A stretch of DNA of 64,000 nt, from assembly GCA_002269645.1 (NCBI GenBank), contig NIVC01000868.1, positions 248,001 to 312,000 of the forward strand. Reading direction: 5' to 3'. The position numbers and the translations under genes are program-made. Source of the stretch: Macrostomum lignano. Lineage: Eukaryota. The notes under the pieces are model-generated. The model did not search any database and was not told the DNA's origin. It saw nothing but the letters and a program-made list of their open reading frames with translations. This document shows, one piece after another, positions 24,900 through 44,182 of this stretch; the first letter of the stretch is position 1, and each line of letters starts with the position of its first letter.

Positions 24900-25345
24900 T
24901 TTTGTCAGCCTAACTGAGAATAAAGCCATCCAAAGTGAGAATCCTGCCTACGTTGACTGCGAAGGGCCTGGCTGCGTGCAGCCTTAGTCTATGGGCCATA
25001 GGCAATAAAGGACAAGCAAAGTGATAAAAAGCCATCCAATGTGAGAATCCTGCCTACGCTGAATACGAAGGGCCTAGCTGCGTCCAGCCTAGTCTATGAG
25101 CCATAGACTATAAAGGATAAGCTAGGATTGGCTAGTCATATGGCTCAGAAGCTCAGAGGGTATAAAAATAAAAGAATACGACGCATAGACCAATCGATTC
25201 TCACATTGGATGGCTTTTTATCACTTTGCTTGTCCTTTATTGTCTATGGCCCATAGACTAAGGCTGCACGCAGCCAGGCCCTTCGCAGTCAGCGTAGGCA
25301 GGATTCTCACTTTGGATGGCTTTATTCTCAGTTAGGCTGACAAAA
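24900..25345. mobile_element. Foldback/MITE with ~150-bp terminal inverted repeats
   Basis: 24900-25047 is the near-perfect reverse complement of 25196-25345. Internal sub-repeat AAAGCCATCCAA.GTGAGAATC. Confidence 0.85.
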
Positions 25346-25424
25346 GCAATACTCTGATAATGCCGTTATTCAATAACAATAAGATGGATGAAAATATATG
25401 GCTTCAATTGAATTGGCGGTTATA

Positions 25425-25487
25425 GCAGCTCTGATGAGCCTCAATGAAGGCGAAACAATATACTATACATGTAGTCATTGTATAGCA
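25425..25487 (+). ncRNA. Candidate type I hammerhead ribozyme (imperfect stem I)
   Basis: CUGAUGA (25431-37), stem II GCC/GGC, GAAA, stem III CAAU/AUUG, GUA triplet. Stem I pairs only 3 bp after one extra nucleotide. Confidence 0.4.
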
Positions 25488-25674
25488 ATCTGACGATCAT
25501 TATTTGTAGTTTTTATGCGTTACAATTCATTGTTTGTTTGCCATTCGGCATTGAACCTAGTTTTGTCTATGGTAATCCTCAATGCTAGTATCGTCAAATA
25601 GGCTAGAGAGAAGGGTATGAATACACTCTACCATAGCATACGATTTGATCGTCCAATAGCGATACAATGAAAAG

Positions 25675-25869
25675 AATCAGCGGTCCCAGTGCGTGACAAC
25701 GATTTGTCTATGGCTCGCGCCTACCGGGGCTCGCCAGACAATCGTTGTCACGCACTGGGACCGCTGGGACCTACCGGCGCTCGCCAGACAATCGTTGTCA
25801 CGCACTGGGACCGCTGGGACCTACCGGCGCTCGCCAGACAATCGTTGTCACGCACTGGGACCGCTGATT
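25675..25869. mobile_element. Small TIR element whose right TIR is tandemly triplicated (50-bp unit)
   Basis: Left AATCAGCGGTCCCAGTGCGTGACAACGATT; reverse-complement copies with period 50 (25736, 25786, 25836). Confidence 0.8.
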
Positions 25870-26536
25870 ATTTATCCATTGCACAGCGCATGTTTGTCTG
25901 ATGATTTAACTTAATTCTATTCAAGTGTGAACTAGCTAGGGCTGAAGGTAGCTGCATTACATGTAGCTGATTAGCTACTGTACAGTAATCCTCGACCTGT
26001 CAGCTCGCAGAGGCTGCCGCCCAGAAGCCACACAGGCGCTCTGTCAGTTCGGGATCATGCACGGTTGTGACCTCATCCCCAATGCGGATTCTGTACTAAA
26101 GTATAAATTTGTACCAAAATGAGTGCATGGCTCGCTGATCTTGTTATCAGTTCGCAAATTATCTGTACCTGTACATTTAGCTCATTACAGTGTAAGTGCA
26201 GCCAGCTCCAGGTACATGTACTGGGCGTGAATCCTTAGGGCTCACGAGCTCACGAGCTCATGAGCTAGGGACTGGAGTCAAGATTTCTCCTAAAATGGAA
26301 AATATTATTAATTATGCTAACATATGTGACGAATTAATCTAGCGAAGCGTAGCAGTCCTTGGCAGAACAAGACCGAACAGAACAGAATATGCAAGTTAGT
26401 CCATGAAGCGATATTTAGCTTGCTGAGTTGGCCAAGTTTTATTCTTATTGAGTAGCGACGAAAAAACGAGTCTTTAATAATAGATCAAAACGATAGATCG
26501 TACAGCGAATTATGATTGGCTGAAAGTTACGATATG

Positions 26537-26733
26537 GGGCCGTATGCAGAAAGCTAGCCTAGTCCAGACTAGCTAGTCCGGGCTTGGGTAGTTCAGTCTA
26601 TGGTCTATGGTCTAGCTACCCTAGTTCTGTCTATAGTAGACCGGTCTAACTTTGCGTTTCTGCATACCAATCCAAGTCCAGACTAGCTTTTCAAGACCGG
26701 ACTACCCTAGACAGAGCTTTCTGCATACGGCCC
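26537..26733. mobile_element. PIF/Harbinger-like MITE, 197 bp
   Basis: 19-bp TIR GGGCCGTATGCAGAAAGCT; 3-bp TSD ATG at 26534-36 and 26734-36. Confidence 0.8.
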
Positions 26734-27321
26734 ATGGGCACTGGGAAAAATTATCGATTTGTTAGAAATTTACCACTTGTGCCGATATATAAACGCCGAT
26801 GCAAGAATGTACACAGAAGTTATACAAAATATTATACATTTACGTAGTAGTCTAATGACAGTAAAAACAATGACATTTCACCGCCAAGTCAACCCCCTCA
26901 CACATAACTGACTGTCCGGTGTCCGGTCACCTCTTCATCATTCACAGAAAGAGGATCCACTGTTTAAAAAGTCTTCTGCATGGCTGCATGGTGTAGCAGA
27001 CTCCCAATGAGTCCCGTTTTCGACTTCCGGGCTTCACCAGATGGCTCAAACAACTCCCGATCATGAGGACCCCACTAAAGCAGCGTAAAAAATGATGCGA
27101 TGCGTGCTCATTAAGGGATGTGTGGCAGGGGGTCCGTACAGAAATTATTTTTAAGGCTCAGGTGGGTGACCCAGCTATATGACCAGAGCCGAATTTGTGA
27201 ACTTTCTATCCCGTCATATGTTTCCCATTAGATGAACTCCCTGAATCTTAGTAACTATCCAGACTACAGAGGCGGAAAGCGTACGCGTAAATACTGAAAT
27301 CTCGTCCAGTCTCTAATACTG

Positions 27322-28123
27322 GAATAACTCATACAGGCTTTAAGCTAGGGTGCTGATTTTTGACTTGCCAACGCATCTCGCGTGCGTCAAGAGAAAAATA
27401 AAGTTTCGTAGCTCTGCGTTGAGTAGAAGTGTCTGTCAGCGAATGTCAAGCGGGACCCCCATAATACACTACGGAGATAGGAACACAGTTTGCAGGTGAA
27501 TAACTCGTACAGGCTTTAAGCTAGGGTGCTGATTTTTGACTTGCCAACGCATCTCGCGTGCGTCAAGAGAAAAACAAAGTTTCGTAGCTCTGCGTTGAGT
27601 AGAAGTGTCTGTCAGCGAATGTCAAGCGGGACCCCCAAAATACACTACGGAGATAGGAACACAGTTTGCAGGTGAATAACTCGTACAGGCTTTAAGCTAG
27701 GGTGCTGATTTTTGACTTGCCAACGCATCTCGCGTGCGTCAAGAGAAAAATAAAGTTTCGTAGCTCTGCGTTGAGTAGAAGTGTCTGTCAGCGAATGTCA
27801 AGCTGGACCCCCATAATACACTACGGAGATAGGAACACAGTTTGCAGGTGAATAACTCGTACAGGCTTTAAGCTGGGGTGCTGATTTTTGACTTGCCAAC
27901 GCATCTCGCGTGCGTCAAGAGAAAAACAAAGTTTCGTAGCTCTGCGTTGAGTAGAAGTGTCTGTCAGCGAATGTCAAGCGGGACCCCCAAAATACACTAC
28001 GGAGATAGGAACACAGTTTGCAGGTGAATAACTCGTACAGGCTTTAAGCTAGGGTGCTGATTTTTGACTTGCCAACGCATCTCGCATGCGTCAAGAGAAA
28101 AATAAAGTTTCGTAGCTCTGCGT
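27322..28123 (+). repeat. 176-bp satellite, about 4.6 copies, alternating A/B variants
   Basis: Unit starts at 27322, 27498, 27674, 27850 and 28026. Confidence 0.95.
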
Positions 28124-28392
28124 GTATTTTAAGCCGTTTTGTTGAGTTGCATAATAATACACTAAGGAGATAGGAACAAACTTTATATGTGAAAAATTTG
28201 TACAGTCTATTTTTTAATGCTGAGATATTTTACGTAGTTTTTTTTCTTGATTGCGTCAAAGTTTTTGTAAAATTTTAAAGCGTTTCGTTCAAGTAAAGAA
28301 AAGTTACAGCGGCTTTGTTAAAATTTGAATGTGAATCTGAATGTCAATCGGGAAATGAATACGTTTTTAATTTTACTTTTTTGAAATAATAA

Positions 28393-35205
<6,813 letters not shown>

Positions 35206-36054
35206 TTGAGCTGCTGCGGTGTCCTTCGAGTTGACTTGGAGCTCGGGATTTATAAATTCACCCAAGCGAACTCGCTGTTAACTGATTTTTACCGCATCTC
35301 CCTATTTACAGTTTCCACTAATTTTTTCTCATCGATTTACCGATTATACAGACAGAGGCGGATGCTGCAGCGCATCTTTGCCGACCGCGAGCCGACCCTG
35401 CTAATTCCTTGCATAGCTTGTTGGTCTCCATTTAATTAACTAGACAGTTACCTGTAAAAAGCACCTTTTACTGTTCTTGGATTGAAAAATTAGATTTTTC
35501 TCAATGTTGTTAAACGTAGGCTAGCTGGCTGCTGAGCCCGTTTTACTCAATCAAAGCTTCGGAATTTTTGTGCCGGGTTATTTCCCTGGGTGATGGCAAG
35601 TTTTAGGGGTAATTTGTGTGTACAGCTTTTATTTAGTTGAGCTCGAGAGTCTGCAGTGCGCACTGAGATCCCCAGTTCTCTCGCTATTTACCTTTTGTAT
35701 CATAAATTAAAGGTCTAATCTGTTCGATTTCTGCTTTAATAATTATTAAAATATAATTTAACGCTATTCAACAGTAAATCGAGGCTGTGGAAGGCTGCTT
35801 TTTCAAGCTTGTTTATTTATTTATCAATAGAAAAATAGAAATATACGAGTAAATGTTAGGCTTATCGAAAATTAAAAAATCAAAAATATTTCTAATTCAA
35901 AATCAAGAACTGGAAGCGCTGCAAGCACTGGCATGGTGACTGGCTGAGTGCTAATGTGAAATGCAGCTCTGTGATCTGTGGACTGTCTGACAATCAGAGT
36001 TCGATTGCAAAACTTTTCATGTGTCTGATAGTTAAATCCTTGTGCCAAATCCCG

Positions 36055-39000
36055 CTATGCATTAACCGTTTCTGGCCCAGACTCCGCTGCCTCATCAGTT
36101 GTGCTCAGCCGCCTCTCCGAGTCTGCCGCTTTCTCGTAGCATCTCAGCCTGGGCATCGACAAACAGAACAGGACCTGCGGGTGGCAGATGGCGTGAGTTC
36201 CATGAGCAGCTCAGACACTCACCATCATGAGCAGAATGAGGGACAGCAGCAGCTAAGGCACTCGCCATCATGAGCAGAATGAGGGACAGCAGCAGCTCAG
36301 GCACTCACCATCATGAGCAGAATGAGGGACAGCAGCAGCTCAGGCACTCACCATCATGAGCAGAATGAGGGACAGCAGCAGCTCAGGCACTCACCATCAT
36401 GAGCAGAATGAGGGACAGCAGCAGCTAAGGCACTCGCCATCATGAGCAGAATGAGGGACAGCAGCAGCTCAGGCACTCACCATCATGAGCAGAATGAGGG
36501 ACAGCAGCAGCTCAGGCACTCACCATCATGAGCAGAATGAGGGACAGCAGCAGCTCAGGCACTCACCATCATGAGCAGAATGAGGGACAGCAGCAGCTAA
36601 GGCACTCGCCATCATGAGCAGAATGAGGGACAGCAGCAGCTCAGGCACTCACCATCATGAGCAGAATGAGGGACAGCAGCAGCTCAGGCACTCACCATCA
36701 TGAGCAGAATGAGGGACAGCAGCAGCTCAGGCACTAACCATCATGAGCAGAATGAGGGACAGCAGCTCAGGCACTCACCATCATGAGCAGAATGAGGGAC
36801 AGCAGCAGCTCAGGCACTCACCATCATGAGCAGAATGAGGGACAGCAGCAGCTCAGGCACTCACCATCATGAGCAGAATGAGGGACAGCAGCACGGCCAG
36901 CATGATGCTCAGTCTGGTCAGCATGGACCCGGCCCACAGAGGTCCCATGATGGTGGACAGTCCGATAACAGAGCGCCGGAGGCCCTGCGAGAAGCCTGAA
37001 ATGCATGAAATTTTGAGAGTCTGTTCAAGACTTAGAGGCCATGATTATTTTAACTGCCTGCAGGCAAATTACCCTGAGTTGCTGGCGAGGTGATTTTCGA
37101 ATAGAGCGACACAGAGCAGGTGACAAGGAAGGGCAAAGCAATCACGTCCAAGAAGACGCTGCCAATTAGCATAGGCAGGTTGAGCTCGTTGCCTGGAACG
37201 GTAATAAATAAAAGCAAATATTCAGGCGGTGACTTGGCGGTAATTAGCTCGTAGCTGTCTTTGACAATATTTTGCGAAGAAACTGAATCTGGCTGACTCA
37301 CACCCAGCATTTACAGTGCAATTTGAATGCAATTTTCATAGATAAAGACAAATTGTTTGCATTTCTACTGTAAGTAGAAGAAAAAGATGCAACAAGAAAA
37401 ATATAATCATGGAAAACAATACAAACCCGGCACTGCCAGCGGAAAGTAGACCAGCATGCCGGCGATGGCGGCAGCGGACACCGCCGAGCCTAGCAGGATC
37501 AGGCTGCTGTCGTAGAAGCGGCTGCTGGCGCAGCGGACCACCATAAAGACTAGGATGACTTCCACGCCGGCGCCGAGGTACAGCAGGCTGTTGCCCAGTT
37601 CTCCCCAGCCCAGGTAGTCCTTGGTCAGGGGTGTCAGCATGGCCTACGGGGCGCAGAGAAAGATCTGGCTGGCAGGTATGAGAACTTCATTTAACACAGC
37701 ATACAACTGGACTTACCTCAAGAGCAGTCTGGTTGAAGAAGGTGGCAAAGATGGTGGCCAAGATGGCAACCAACTCGTGACGAAGGTACTCTGCAAAAGA
37801 GGAACACAAGTTGCTTTTAAACGTTCGTGCTTTTAAGTTAGATTCTTCTTGTCTGCTGCTGTCTATCGTCCGATGGGCTGATGTGTGCTGTCTATGCCTG
37901 ACGTGTGCTGTCTATGCCTGACGTGTGCTGTCTATGGCCGGTGTGTGCTGTCTATGCCTGACGTGTGCTGTCTATGGCCGGTGTGTGCTGTCTATGGCTG
38001 ATGTGTGCTGTCTATGCCTGACGTGTGCTGTCTATGGCCGGTGTGTGCTGTCTATGGCTGACGTGTGCTGTCTATGGCTGACGTGTGCTGTCTATGTCTG
38101 ACCTGTGCTGTCTATGGCCGGTGTGTGCTGTCTATGGCTGCTGTCTATGGCTGACGTGTGCTATCTATGGCTAATTCGTGCTCTCTTTGGCTGGTGTGTG
38201 CTGTTTATAGCTGGTGTGCTGTCTATGCACAACGTGCTGTCTATGGCTCGTGTGTGCTGTCTATGGCTGACGTGTTCTGTCTATGACCTGATATAAGCTG
38301 TCTATGGCCTGATATGAGCTGCACACTACAGTCGCCCACCATTAACATAGTAGCGCCGGTCGGTGACAACCGCGGGCGGCTCTGGCTCGGGCCCCGCCGC
38401 AGCCACAGCCCCATAGCCAACCCCGTCGCCGTCAGCCACAAGTCGCCGCCGCTCGTCATCACCATCGCCGTTATCGGGCGGCACCATCCGGTGGAAGTCG
38501 GTGTACAGGCAGAGGCAGAGCAGGGTGTGCAGCAGCCACAGGCTGGCCATGAAGAGGCCCGGCACCGAGTAGGCAGTGAGCGGGTAGGGCCCGATGCTGG
38601 TGTTCACCAGGCGGAGGAACAGGTTGCAGCCGGGGCCTGCGGGGGTCACAGCGGGTATTTCGGGTTAACAGTCAGGGTTAACAAAAAATCGACTTTCCCA
38701 GCCTTACCAATGACCAGGCCGACCTGCCGGCACGCCATCAGCATCGCGATCACCCCTGTCCGCTCCCTGACGTTGGTGGCGCGGGCGATGTCCGACACGA
38801 TGGCCGCGCCAGCCCCGGCACCGACGCCTGCGGTGGGGTGGAATTTGAGATAGGGGCGAAAAATCACCTGAGCTGTCTGTTTTGGTAAAATCTAACTGTA
38901 AGCTGTATGGGATCAAGCTGTCTGGGATCAAGCTGTCTGGGATTAAGCTATCTGGGATCAAGCTGTCTGGGATCAAGCTGTCTGGGATCAAGCTGTCTGG

Positions 39001-40893
39001 GATCAAGCTGTCAGGGATCAAGCTGTCAGGGATCAAGCTGTCAGGGATCAAGCTGTCTGGGATCAAGCTGTCTGGGATCAAGCTGTCTGGGATCAAGCTG
39101 TCAGGGATCAAGCTGTCAATCACACTGTCGAAGCCACCAATCACACTGTCTAAGCCATCAATCAAACTATTCTGCCACCATCAAAGCAAAGCTGTCCACA
39201 GCGAACGTACCAGTCACAAAGCGGCTGCACAGCAGGAAGGGCAGCGAGATGCCCATAAAGTACATGATGTTGCCGCCGATCTCCCACAGGTTGGAGAAGA
39301 TCACCAGGTATTTGGTGCACCTGTACTTGTCAGATATTCTGCGGAAAACCAAGCGACATTTGCAAACAAATGTTTTAGCACAGGTTTAGTCAACCGATGT
39401 TTACTCCTTCAGGGAACCGCTGTCTACTTTAGTAAACCGCTGTCTACTCCTCAGTAAACCGCTGTCTACTCATCCAGTAAACCCCTGTCTACTCATCTAG
39501 TAAACCGCTGTCTACTCATCCAGTAAACCCCTGTCTACTCATCCAATAAACCGCTGTTCAGTGCCTACTGTCTGCTCAATTTTGAGGTAGCCTCTGTCTG
39601 TTCCACATGCACTGCACCAGAGGACCTCTATATTCACCGCTACCTCGAGACAGCAACCCAGTCTCACCTGCCATAGATGGGCGAGCAGAAAAGGTCGGAG
39701 ATGCTGAAGGCTGACAGCATGAGGCCCAAGAACGCAGAGGTGGCTCCAAAGGTCTCGTGGATGTACAGCCACATGGTGGGCAGGATCACGGCTGTGCACG
39801 AGGGTTAAAGCGAGTGTAACATGTAAAAAAGTGATGTGGAATGTACACAAGACAAGGAGAGTGCGATGCTTGTAAAATTAATTTGAAAAGTCCCAGTTTG
39901 CATTGGCCAAGAATTCCAAGCACAATGTATGCACTACTAGTTGGGTAGAATAGATATTCCTGGGTAGAATTGATTTTTTTCTGGTGCATACAGTTGAGAC
40001 TAAACTAGTTACTTGTATTAGATTTAGTGCTATTTTTTTAATAATTCAGACAATAATTTTACAAGTTTATCACTAGTAGCTTTTGGCAATTTGGCTTAAG
40101 AAATATTTTTATAAAATGCACCATAAAAATATAAAATTTGATATTACAAGTAAAACCAAGCATTTAATAATAATATATTACTTCTCTTCCTATATAAACT
40201 ATAACCACATTGGCTGTACCATAGGCCTTATTGTTTGAAATTAAAAAATAATAGACCTATATCTAATTTTCAATATAGTGGAATTTTCCTAATCCTGCAT
40301 GTTAACCAAATGGCATCTTGATTTCAGAATTAACATAAAAGTTGCAAATAAAATCAATGTTGGCCTATGACTATGGCCTCTAGCTAATTTAAATTAGTCA
40401 AATGGCATTGGTATATCTATATCAAGGTATTCTCTAAGACTATACACTAAGGCAATGCTACGGAGTATGGTAAATGAAGCAAAGCAAAAGGTTGTAAAAA
40501 TACTTAAAAATACTTTGATTGCTAAATAACATACTGTTTAATATTTGGTTTGACTATATTAAGGCTTATATAATTTAAATATAAGTAGGCCTAATTAATT
40601 TAATAGCACAAATAAATTATTAGGGCTAGGCCTAGGCCTATATTTAATTTTCTAAACAATAGCCAATCATAGTGTATAAACAACGTTTGCAATCTAATAA
40701 ACACATGTAAATAGCTAATAGTAAACAAAAATGCATTAAGTAGGATAATGAGGACATCAGCCCTGAATTTTAGTTTTAAAAGGTAGCCTACTACTGTTAC
40801 ATAGTACTAGTAGTCGTACATACCATATTCCACTCCAGAAAGGAAAAAGTAAAGTGCAATCATTAAATATGTAAGTCTCCTTTTTGTGTTCAT
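36055..40893 (-). CDS. MFS transporter, MFSD8/CLN7-like, 466 aa
   Basis: Exons 40824-40893, 39668-39791, 39211-39338, 38708-38827, 38340-38636, 37717-37790, 37427-37643, 37073-37192, 36865-36995 and 36055-36174, all with compatible phases. Motifs EYAVILPTMWLY, SPIYGRISD, SRFVTGVGAG, SQG..MGPLWAG. Confidence 0.88.
36213..36893 (-). repeat. 43-bp minisatellite, about 16 copies, each containing the exon 3' end and a 5' splice site
   Basis: Unit GCTGCTGTCCCTCATTCTGCTCATGATG|GTGAGTGCCTGAGCT; the authentic donor is at 36864. Confidence 0.95.
37865..38310 (+). repeat. ~22-bp intronic minisatellite (GTGTGCTGTCTATGGC..)
   Basis: Tandem copies seen directly. Confidence 0.9.
38905..39118 (+). repeat. 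15-bp intronic minisatellite (GGGATCAAGCTGTCT)
   Basis: About 14 copies. Confidence 0.95.
39415..39558 (+). repeat. ~23-bp intronic minisatellite (AGTAAACCGCTGTCTACTCATCC)
   Basis: About 6 copies. Confidence 0.9.
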
Positions 40894-41695
40894 ATTGAAG
40901 TAACTTCTTTTTAATAAAAGTTTAACGACGAACCGGGCTTATTGAGCAAAATTAAGCTGACTACAGTCTGTATTCACAATGCCAATGGTGTACCGTGTAT
41001 GACCAAATAAAAAATGAATTAGTATCGAATTTAGTGATCAAAAATCTTCTGTCTTTTTCCTGTCTTTTAGTTAAGGCTTTGTAACACTGCTAGCATTACC
41101 TAAAATAGAGATACAATGGCTACTTTGTATTTATTGGGTCGGTGCTGTGACGGTACAGATAATGCGCAAGACGGTGTCGAGTTAAATGGTCCAATGACGC
41201 CAAAACAGTAATCTAATTTTCACGTAGGCCTAGAATTTTTATTTACCTGGTTCTAAGCATGTATCCTGATTTTTTATCAGATCGTTTTAGAGTTCTGTAT
41301 TGGTGGAGAAAATTTTGGTTCAATTGTTTTACTTTTTATTTTTGCTGCTTAATCATTGTCTCGTACATCAGGCTGTACTACAGTACATGGTCCATGTACT
41401 ATTTCATGTTTCTCTTTTTGCTAAGTGCCTTCGCAACACCCATCAACGCAAACTGACAACTGCCTTTCAATAGAGTACTCCAAACAAGTGATTATGAAGG
41501 AACCAACTGTTTCCTAATTGCGCGACATCTCGATCAATCGTCATCCAAGCTTCTACAAGATAGGCCTAGTAAACGTATTTTCCTTATCGGGACGATTTTT
41601 TATGCGAATCTTTTCTGATAAGTTTTGACAGAAGTGCGCATTTACAAGCAACAGTCCCAAATTGGTTTACCTCTTGACTTTACGTACTTCCCAGG

Positions 41696-42415
41696 GACTT
41701 GACTTAGCTGCAGGGGGCTCCGTGCGTCCGGAAACAGCGAGGAGGCGTTGCCGCCCATTTCGCTAACCCCTGGCGACCACGGGCAGCTAGTGCTGCGGTG
41801 TCGCGCAGGGAGTTCCGGTGGTGCCGGTGTCCGCAGCGTGGTCCCCCTCCGGAGGGTCCAGGAGGTGGACTAGCTGTGGCTCGCCCGGGTAGCCCTAGGT
41901 AGCGGACGAGCTGGCAAAGATTCTCGGGCCTGAAAACGTCGGAGAGGTCCGGGTTAATTGGGCCGAGGTAGGTGAGCCTGACCTGAGTAAAGGCGGAGCA
42001 TTCACAGATGAAGTGCTCCGCATTCTCGACACCGGAGAGGCAGAATGGGCATTCCTCACTGCGGATTTTTCCCTGAAGGTAATTAGCGATGCCTGGCAAA
42101 ACAGCCATGACCCGAGAGGGCCATATGGTCACCGCCCTGATGTCCCTGCGGTTGAGTCTAAGCAGGGCCTTGCGCAGGGCGGAGGAAGGACAGGGGACAG
42201 CCGCGCGGGATTGCCGGCAGTCGGGGGCGTTAGCCCACCTCTCCCTGTGCTTTGAAGCCACCCACTGGGGATCCACCTTAGGGACACCTTGTTAGAGGCG
42301 CCTAAGCGGTTGAGCTGCCCGATGCAGTCAAGGACTGTACGCGAGCAGGTGGTGGTGCGCTCAAGGGCGTGGATAGCCGCTTGACTGTCAGAGTGGAGGG
42401 TAATCTCCTTCCCCA
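41696..42415 (-). mobile_element. 3' fragment of a LINE related to the copy at 380-3322
   Basis: [39 protein letters not shown] and [12 protein letters not shown]. Same 3' terminus CCCTGCAGCTAAGTCAAGTC. Confidence 0.9.
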
Positions 42416-43141
42416 GACGCGCTGATTACCTCCATAATGTCATTGTGCACGATGCGCATGTACGACTTCGTTATACTCGCATGTAAATTTACACCATATC
42501 TTCAGAATGCCGGTGCCGGGTTATTATATGTGCTGTAGATTGCTATAATTCTACTATTAAGTATGTTCAATCATTGCTGAGATATCTAGACTTGCGGGAT
42601 TGGGAAGGCTGAGATGCCAACAAGTCTGAGGTCAGAAACTTCATGTAGTTCATGAAAAAAATTATTCCATTGTTCGTTGGCTCCCCAACTGGGGGCGCTG
42701 ATTGCTACGAGTAGTACCTCGTACTATAGATTTACCTGACCTGGAGAATGTGAATTTTTGCGAACGTACAAGCGTATAAGCCTTCGAATAACACTTCCCC
42801 AGTAGTACTCGTCACACAGCAGCCAAAAATGAAGGATCACTTGTTGCTCTTTTTTTAGAAAACCGATTGTCCGCTAAATCTCTAGCGTAAGCTCTTTAGC
42901 GTAGCGAAGTAAGGTGTAATTAATTCTTCAGCCGAGAAAAACAGAAGAAAAACAAAAACAGCTGAAAGCAAACCGAACGGCATCAAGCAATTTTAGTTCC
43001 AGTGGTTAATTATTTATTTTTCTCACAATCTCCTCATATTACCAGATCACATTAGGAAAAAGCAACGCGTCAACAATGGCTACTGGAGTGGCGGGGAAAC
43101 AAATGGCGAAGGGGAACTCCGACTGGATAACTGAGTCTCAA

Positions 43142-43618
43142 TTAGCGCTTGCCGCCAACCCGTGGCGCGGTGGGCTTCATGACCTTGGCCGCCTTCTGCT
43201 TCTGGCCGGCGGGGCGGGACTGCTTGGCCTCTGCTTGCTTCTGCGCCTTCTTCTCGGCCTCCTTGGCCTTGGCCTTCTCCTTGGCGTTGCGGACCGCCTG
43301 CTCTCGCTGGGCCTTGCGGAACTCCGGCTTCTGGTTGCGCTTGGCCATGAGGTCGGCCATGGACAGGCCGGCCACCGCCCGGATGGCCTTGTGCGACTTG
43401 CGCGACTTCTTCTTCGCGGCCTCCTCCACCTGGCCCTTCTTGTGCTTGCGCCGGTACAGCACAGTCCAGCTGACCTCGCGCGGATTTTTCTTCTGAAAGT
43501 GGGAGCGCTCGCACTTCGAGTTTAGGAAGTGGAAGGTCTTGCCATCGGTGCGGATCAGCCAGCGGCCGCGGCCGGGGTACACCTTGAAGCCGGAGAAGCT
43601 GCACAGCTCAAGCTTCAT
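43142..43618 (-). CDS. RPL24: 60S ribosomal protein L24 (eL24), intronless CDS, 158 aa
   Basis: [48 protein letters not shown]. Acceptor CTGTTGCAG 11 nt upstream of the ATG; AATAAA at 43013-43018 (minus). Confidence 0.98.
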   Translation of the reverse strand: MKLELCSFSGFKVYPGRGRWLIRTDGKTFHFLNSKCERSHFQKKNPREVSWTVLYRRKHKKGQVEEAAKKKSRKSHKAIRAVAGLSMADLMAKRNQKPEFRKAQREQAVRNAKEKAKAKEAEKKAQKQAEAKQSRPAGQKQKAAKVMKPTAPRVGGKR

Positions 43619-43723
43619 CGAGCGGCTGGCTGCAACAGAATTTGGGGGAGGCGAGACTTACTGAGATTGAACAAGTGAACATGAATAATCAATCAGGAAT
43701 TGATCCCTATCAACAAAAGCGCA

Positions 43724-43799
43724 TCAGAATCGACTGGCAATATCAGGCCAGCATTGAAGCTGGATTCATTCCGCCCGACGCCGATATTTGCCTCATCAT
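43724..43799 (-). ncRNA. Box C/D snoRNA, copy 1
   Basis: AUGAUGA (C), AUCGGCGUCGGGCGGA, AUGA (D'), CCAGC/GCUGG hairpin, UGAUAU (C'-like), UGCCAGUCGAUU, CUGA (D). Confidence 0.75.
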
Positions 43800-43872
43800 T
43801 TGAGCTTGTGAGTAACTTTGCATACATTTACAGAAAAGCAGCTTATACTTGTAGTGAATAATTCGCACAGGC

Positions 43873-43953
43873 TCAGAATCGACTGGCAATATCAGAGCAA
43901 CTTTTGAAGCTGCTGGCTTCATTCCGCCCGACGCCGATATGGGAGCTCATCAC
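43873..43953 (-). ncRNA. Box C/D snoRNA, copy 2
   Basis: GUGAUGA...CUGA with the same two guides; the internal linker differs. Confidence 0.75.
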
Positions 43954-44095
43954 GGCTGGTGCGATGCAGGAATTCAAACATTAACTCGCAGACCTACGCA
44001 GTAGAGGAAACACAAGAGTCTGAACTTAGAGAACCTGTTTGACCTGACTACTAAGTACTAACGCCAGGTTTAATCGTCTTAAAAATCACACCCGC

Positions 44096-44182
44096 TCAGA
44101 ATCGACTGGCAATATCAGGACCCGGCTGTTTTACAAGCCAGATTGAGTCATTCCGCCCGACGCCGATATGGGAGCTCATCAC
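44096..44182 (-). ncRNA. Box C/D snoRNA, copy 3
   Basis: GUGAUGA...CUGA with the same two guides. Confidence 0.75.

Noticed and set aside
24885-25355. ATACTCT as the TSD of the foldback element
   Set aside because: The left copy is offset by about 5 nt from the TIR end, so it is not a clean TSD.
38704-39457. (IPDSL)n / (GIKLS)n ORFs
   Set aside because: These come from the 15-bp intronic repeat.
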